A program made the translations under genes and the position numbers. From assembly GCA_964592355.1 (NCBI GenBank), contig CAZQBZ010000001.1:1-48062 (forward strand): a stretch of 48,062 bases of DNA, written 5' to 3'. Source of the stretch: an uncultured Candidatus Saccharibacteria bacterium. GTDB taxonomy: Bacteria > Patescibacteriota > Minisyncoccia > Minisyncoccales > Staskawiczbacteraceae. Position 1 is the stretch's first letter, and each line of letters starts with the position of its first letter. Below are positions 44,073-48,062 of this stretch, in pieces. The notes under the pieces are model-generated. The model saw nothing but the letters and a program-made list of their open reading frames with translations. It was not told the origin of the DNA and made no database searches.

Positions 44073-44257
44073 CGCTCGGCCATTGCCTTTGCAAATTGAC
44101 GGGATAATTTTTGCCAGGTCGGGAAGTCCTGCTTTGCAGGAACTTCTCGCGACCAGAAGCGCAAAAATTTCCCTCAGAACTCGCCCCGCCAGTCGCCCTT
44201 AGGGCGACACCGTGCTGGCGGGGCTCCGTTATGCATTTGCAAAGGCAAGGCCTCGCT
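44073..44257 (+). repeat. type-B repeat element copy B3 carrying a nested type-C hairpin module (44115-44161)
   Basis: Same termini as B2. Relative to B2, 42 nt (GTCGGGAAGTCCTGCTTTGCAGGAACTTCTCGCGACCAGAAG) are inserted in the loop of the GGGATAATTTTTGCCAG/CGCAAAAATTTCCC hairpin. Confidence 0.88.
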
Positions 44258-44278
44258 TAAAGCAATAATAAAAATACA

Positions 44279-44479
44279 ATGGCAAAAATCACAGCAAAAA
44301 CAACATTGGGAAAAATCTTAGAGCTTAAAAATGGCTCTGAAATTTTACATAAACACGGGGTGCCTTGCATGGGTTGCCCGATGGCGCAATTTGAAGTGGA
44401 TAAGCTTCAGATCGGCCAGGTTTGCAAGGTTTACGGGTTGCCCCTAAAAGACATTTTAGAAGACTTGAATAAATCATAA
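44279..44479 (+). CDS. DUF1858 domain protein (redox-disulfide type)
   Basis: ITAKTTLGKILE...GVPCMGCPMAQFE..L..VCKVYGL is DUF1858-like. Confidence 0.7.
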   Translation: MAKITAKTTLGKILELKNGSEILHKHGVPCMGCPMAQFEVDKLQIGQVCKVYGLPLKDILEDLNKS

Positions 44480-44511
44480 TTTTAAGTTTTAATAAAGATA
44501 AAACCCCATCA

Positions 44512-44976
44512 ATGGGGCATGATAATCAAATGGAAAAGAAAACAATAATTAAAATAGCGGTTGCCGCCGTTGTTATAATAATAGCTATTTTTGCGGCAAA
44601 TTCAGCGGGATTCTTTAAGCCCCAACCCGAAGTTACGCCAGAAATGGGTAAGATAACACTATTTTATGGTCACGATTGTCCGCATTGCAAAGACTTGGAG
44701 CTCTGGATGACAAACAATGGCATTAACGATAAATTCAGCATTGATAAGCTTGAGGTACAGTATAATAAAGATAATCAAAATCTTTTGAGGGGCGCGGCAA
44801 AATTTTGCAACATAGCAGAGACATCTATCGGCGTGCCGCTTCTATGGACCGGCCAAGGGGATTGTCTATTGGGGCTGGAGCCGATCCAGGAATTTTTCAA
44901 TCAGGAAACCGAAAAACAAAATGATTTGCAAAATCAAGAAGTTGATACAGATAAAGCCAATGAAATTCCAGAGTAA
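44512..44976 (+). CDS. membrane-anchored thioredoxin-fold protein (CPHC)
   Basis: A TM anchor is followed by ITLFYGHDCPHCKDLELW and later IGVPLLW (a cis-Pro-like motif). Confidence 0.65.
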   Translation: MGHDNQMEKKTIIKIAVAAVVIIIAIFAANSAGFFKPQPEVTPEMGKITLFYGHDCPHCKDLELWMTNNGINDKFSIDKLEVQYNKDNQNLLRGAAKFCNIAETSIGVPLLWTGQGDCLLGLEPIQEFFNQETEKQNDLQNQEVDTDKANEIPE

Positions 44977-45475
44977 AATTTTAACATTATTTTTAGCGCT
45001 GTTTTTTGCCGCAGCTGGCTCAGTTAAAGCCGTATGCCCGGTTTGCGTGGTGGCAGTGGGCGGAGGGCTTGGCATTTCAAGATGGCTGGGTGTTGATGAT
45101 GCTATTTCTTCTCTGTGGATTGGCGCATTGCTGGCGGCAATGTCGCTTTGGACAATAGACTGGATCCAAAAGAAAAATTGGAAATTCGTTTTTTATAAAG
45201 CCGTCACATGGGTTTTGTATTATGGGCTTACCGTCGGACCCTTGTATTATTATGGGCTGATTGGCCACCCATTAAACAAAATTTTTGGCATAGATAAAAT
45301 ATTGTTCGGAGTGATTTTGGGGACAGCAGTGTTTTTGGGCGGGGTGTGGCTGAACTTATTTTTGAAATTAAAAAACAATGGTAAGCAGTACTTTAATTAT
45401 CAAAAAGTGGTGGTGCCATTTTTGTCGCTTGTAGCGGCCAGCTTAATTCTTTATTTGATAATAATATGGAAATAA
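44960..45475 (+). CDS. hypothetical polytopic membrane protein with an N-terminal CPVC motif
   Basis: The internal ATG at 44960 gives a signal-like MKFQSKILTLFLALFFAAAGS followed by VCPVCVVAVGGG. There are 4-5 TM segments. It overlaps the upstream gene by 17 nt. Confidence 0.55.
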   Translation: MKFQSKILTLFLALFFAAAGSVKAVCPVCVVAVGGGLGISRWLGVDDAISSLWIGALLAAMSLWTIDWIQKKNWKFVFYKAVTWVLYYGLTVGPLYYYGLIGHPLNKIFGIDKILFGVILGTAVFLGGVWLNLFLKLKNNGKQYFNYQKVVVPFLSLVAASLILYLIIIWK

Positions 45476-45996
45476 ACAACCAAAAAATAGACGAATTTGT
45501 AAAAAAAGTAAATTCAAGCAAAGACAATCAGCTTGATTTGTCTTCGGACGAAGATTTGTCCATTGCTATAATGAATTTAATTTCTATAGAAGAACACTTC
45601 TTTTTTACCGCGAATAAAACAGGAAAATCAGAATATTTTGATTTGCTCAATACCGCCCGAGAAATGAGGAAAGATTTGCTTAAGAGAATCATAAAAGACC
45701 CGGAAGGAGAAGTTTGGTGCATTTCAAAGCATTTGCTGGCCTCATCAATGAGGCTTATGGAGGTGGGCACGAAGGCTCAGGGGCGTGGCAACAAGAAGGA
45801 TGCAGAGGAATTGTTTAAAAAAGCCTACGAGCTTTATAGCCTGTTTTGGGGCATAAACTTAAAGCTTATTGATTTGGGCGAAGTCAAAAAAATAGACGAA
45901 AACCAAATTGACGCAAAAGACCAAGATAAGAAAATCGGAATTATGGCAAAACTCGGCCAAGTGGTGCAAAAGGTGATTGACTGCTGTAAAGAGTAA
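45466..45996 (+). CDS. hypothetical protein
   Basis: 176-aa ORF overlapping the upstream stop by 10 nt, with a terminator-like hairpin downstream. No family recognised. Confidence 0.5.
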   Translation: MEINNQKIDEFVKKVNSSKDNQLDLSSDEDLSIAIMNLISIEEHFFFTANKTGKSEYFDLLNTAREMRKDLLKRIIKDPEGEVWCISKHLLASSMRLMEVGTKAQGRGNKKDAEELFKKAYELYSLFWGINLKLIDLGEVKKIDENQIDAKDQDKKIGIMAKLGQVVQKVIDCCKE

Positions 45997-46117
45997 AAAG
46001 AATTTAAAAACCGTCCGTGGGCGGTTTTTATTTTCAAAAAATTGAAATTCTTTCACAAAAATGGTAAATTTTGCATAGTTATCGTTTGGTTCCTGAACAA
46101 CTAAATAGGAGAATGCA

Positions 46118-47068
46118 ATGAAGCTTCACGGAATTGATTTTGGAAATATTCTTGGCGCTTCAGGCGCGCAGGGATTTTTTGGGGAAGGCTACTGGTTTCA
46201 CAAATTCTTTAAGCCTTTTGGCTTGGATTTTTCCGGGATGACCTTTGTGTCAAAAACCGCCACGCGTTGGCCGAACGAAGGCAACATGCCGCTCACGCAA
46301 GACTACAGGCCGCGTGATTTTTTTCCCGGGTGTGTCAGGGTAAAGCCCTGGCGCGGAGCGATACTAAACGCCGTTGGCCTTAGTAATCCTGGTCTGGAAG
46401 CCTTGCTGGCTACGGGTTTTTGGCAAGAAAGGACGGACCCCTTTTTTATATCCGTGATGTCGCTGGCCGATACGCCAGAAGGCCGTCTTGAAGAATTGGG
46501 CCAAATGGTGGACTTGATCGGGGAGCAAAAAGACAGGTTTTCTGCGCCTTTCGGTTTGCAGATTAACTTATCGTGTCCCAACACCAAACACAACCCGCGC
46601 CAGCTGGTTGGCGAATCCGAAAAGTCGCTCGCCGTGGCAAGCAGGCTTGGGGTGCCGTTGATGCCAAAGTATAGCATTGCTTCGGCATCCGTGGCAGCAA
46701 TCAGAGAATTGGATGACAATCCACTTTGTGATGCCATTTGCGTATCTAATACGGTGCCGTTTGGTTCGCCATGCATTAATTGGCAAAGGGCATGGGGGAG
46801 CAAGAAGTCTCCGCTTGAAAAATACGGCGGAGGCGGACTTTCCGGGTCTGCGCTTTGCCTTTTGGTGTGTGATTGGATTGCATATCTGCGTGACGCCGGG
46901 TTTTCTAAACCCATTAATGGCGGAGGGGGTATTATGCATCCAGATGACGTTTTGGTTTATTATGAAGCCGGGGCGTCTTCGGTATTTATCGGTTCGGTTG
47001 CATCGCTTCGACCGTGGCGCGTGAAGGCCATTATCGATCAGGCAAACGACCTGAAGTGGAAAAGATAG
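46118..47068 (+). CDS. dihydroorotate dehydrogenase family (PyrD-like TIM barrel) protein
   Basis: INLSCPNT, GGGGLSGSAL and INGGGGI...GASSVFIGS motifs. AGGAG lies 6 nt upstream of the ATG. GC-rich. Confidence 0.65.
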   Translation: MKLHGIDFGNILGASGAQGFFGEGYWFHKFFKPFGLDFSGMTFVSKTATRWPNEGNMPLTQDYRPRDFFPGCVRVKPWRGAILNAVGLSNPGLEALLATGFWQERTDPFFISVMSLADTPEGRLEELGQMVDLIGEQKDRFSAPFGLQINLSCPNTKHNPRQLVGESEKSLAVASRLGVPLMPKYSIASASVAAIRELDDNPLCDAICVSNTVPFGSPCINWQRAWGSKKSPLEKYGGGGLSGSALCLLVCDWIAYLRDAGFSKPINGGGGIMHPDDVLVYYEAGASSVFIGSVASLRPWRVKAIIDQANDLKWKR

Positions 47069-47073
47069 GTCAT

Positions 47074-47116
47074 GTCCTCGCGTTTTTGGCAGTTGCCGGA
47101 ACGCGAGGACTTTTTG
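47074..47116 (+). terminator. rho-independent terminator
   Basis: GTCCTCGCGTT...AACGCGAGGAC followed by TTTTT. Confidence 0.7.
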
Positions 47117-47170
47117 TTTATACAGCGCAAAAGTGATATAATATTAAAATATCATTAACTTTTACTAAAT

Positions 47171-47971
47171 ATGTTCGGACTAAATAAATCAACGCCAAAA
47201 TTTTGCAACTTATCGGGGAAAGTGGCAATTATAACAGGCGCAGCCAAGGGAATGGGCAGGGCTCATGCTTTGACTTTGGCCAAAGCCGGAGCAAAGGTTG
47301 TGGTAACTGATATTGATGTTGATGGAATTCAAAAGGTTGTTGAAGAAATTAAAAAAGAAAGAGGCGAGGCGATAAACATTAAGTGCGATCAGAGCCAAAA
47401 ATCAGATGTTGATAATGTTATAAGCCAAACCATGGGCAAATTTGGGAAAATAGACATTTTGGTGAATAATGCAGGAATTTTTCCCACAAAGCCATTTTTG
47501 GAAATGGAAGAAAGAGATTTTGAAAAAGTGATTGATGTAAATTTAAAAGGATATTTTTTAATGGCCCAGGCCGTTGCCAAAGAAATGCAAAAAAATAGCA
47601 AGAACGAGAAAGGGCAGAGAGGGGTGATTGTGAATATCGCATCTATTGCAGCCATGGTCGGATTTCAGGGGCTTTCGCATTATTGCGCCTCAAAAGGCGG
47701 AATTGTTGGAATGTCCAGGGCGATAGCGCTTGAATTGGCCCCCTTGGGCATACGCATAAATACAATCAATCCAGGGGCAATAGACACACCGGGCGCTTCC
47801 ATGAGCAATATTCCAGAAGAACAGAGAAAGGCAATAATGGCGCCAATCCCGATGAAAAGGCAGGCGGACGCCCAAGAAGTTGCCAATGCGGTTTTATTTT
47901 TAGTGTCGGACGAAGCTTCTTATATGACAGGGTCTGAGGTGGTTGTCGACGGAGGCTGGACCGCTGCGTAA
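47171..47971 (+). CDS. SDR family oxidoreductase (FabG-like)
   Basis: ITGAAKGMGRA (TGxxxGxG), NNAG and the YCASKGG (YxxxK) catalytic motif. Confidence 0.88.
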   Translation: MFGLNKSTPKFCNLSGKVAIITGAAKGMGRAHALTLAKAGAKVVVTDIDVDGIQKVVEEIKKERGEAINIKCDQSQKSDVDNVISQTMGKFGKIDILVNNAGIFPTKPFLEMEERDFEKVIDVNLKGYFLMAQAVAKEMQKNSKNEKGQRGVIVNIASIAAMVGFQGLSHYCASKGGIVGMSRAIALELAPLGIRINTINPGAIDTPGASMSNIPEEQRKAIMAPIPMKRQADAQEVANAVLFLVSDEASYMTGSEVVVDGGWTAA

Positions 47972-48062
47972 GCAGCGGGACAGGCGCCGCAGGAAGGGGT
48001 CGGGAGGGAGAGTTCCCTCCCGTGTAGGAAATTATTCAAAACCGAGGGTTTTGAAGGAGCGA

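Overview
Low-GC, gene-dense bacterial chromosome fragment using the standard code, with genes mostly on the + strand. By inference it resembles a small-genome Patescibacteria/CPR-type organism. The evidence is that most genes lack a Shine-Dalgarno sequence, the ATP synthase delta and epsilon subunits are short, and there are DUF5652-like and CxxC-x17-CxxC-like small proteins. Core content: a complete F1Fo ATP synthase operon (atpBEFHAGDC, 9733-16100), dnaG-rpoD, tgt-queA-queH (queuosine), Rrf2-nifS-nifU-mnmA (Fe-S/thiolation), Fe/Mn SOD, lemA-htpX, a HIT protein, a GT2 glycosyltransferase and envelope/secreted proteins (META, SIMPL, GerMN). Accessory content: (1) The left end carries phage-like small genes and a large serine recombinase whose 3' end overlaps a tRNA-Asn gene; that tRNA is split by a 194-nt group I intron. 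(2) Next to it are a DUF45 peptidase-like gene, a Cys-rich unknown protein and a membrane-anchored Mrr-type nuclease with an in-frame TAA. (3) Several visibly GC-richer genes have strong SD sites, including a divergent sigma-70 paralog plus a histidine phosphatase. (4) A 1.9-kb islet bounded by an 18-bp direct repeat of the tRNA-Ser 3' end carries a single 517-aa AbiV/HEPN-like protein. The most unusual signal is a family of GC-rich, hairpin-forming, nested MITE-like repeats. There are at least 9 insertions of 4-5 sequence types, filling intergenic gaps, including inside the atp, que and Fe-S operons. A separate 24-nt palindrome sits in frame inside atpH. No rRNA genes, CRISPR arrays or transposases were seen.
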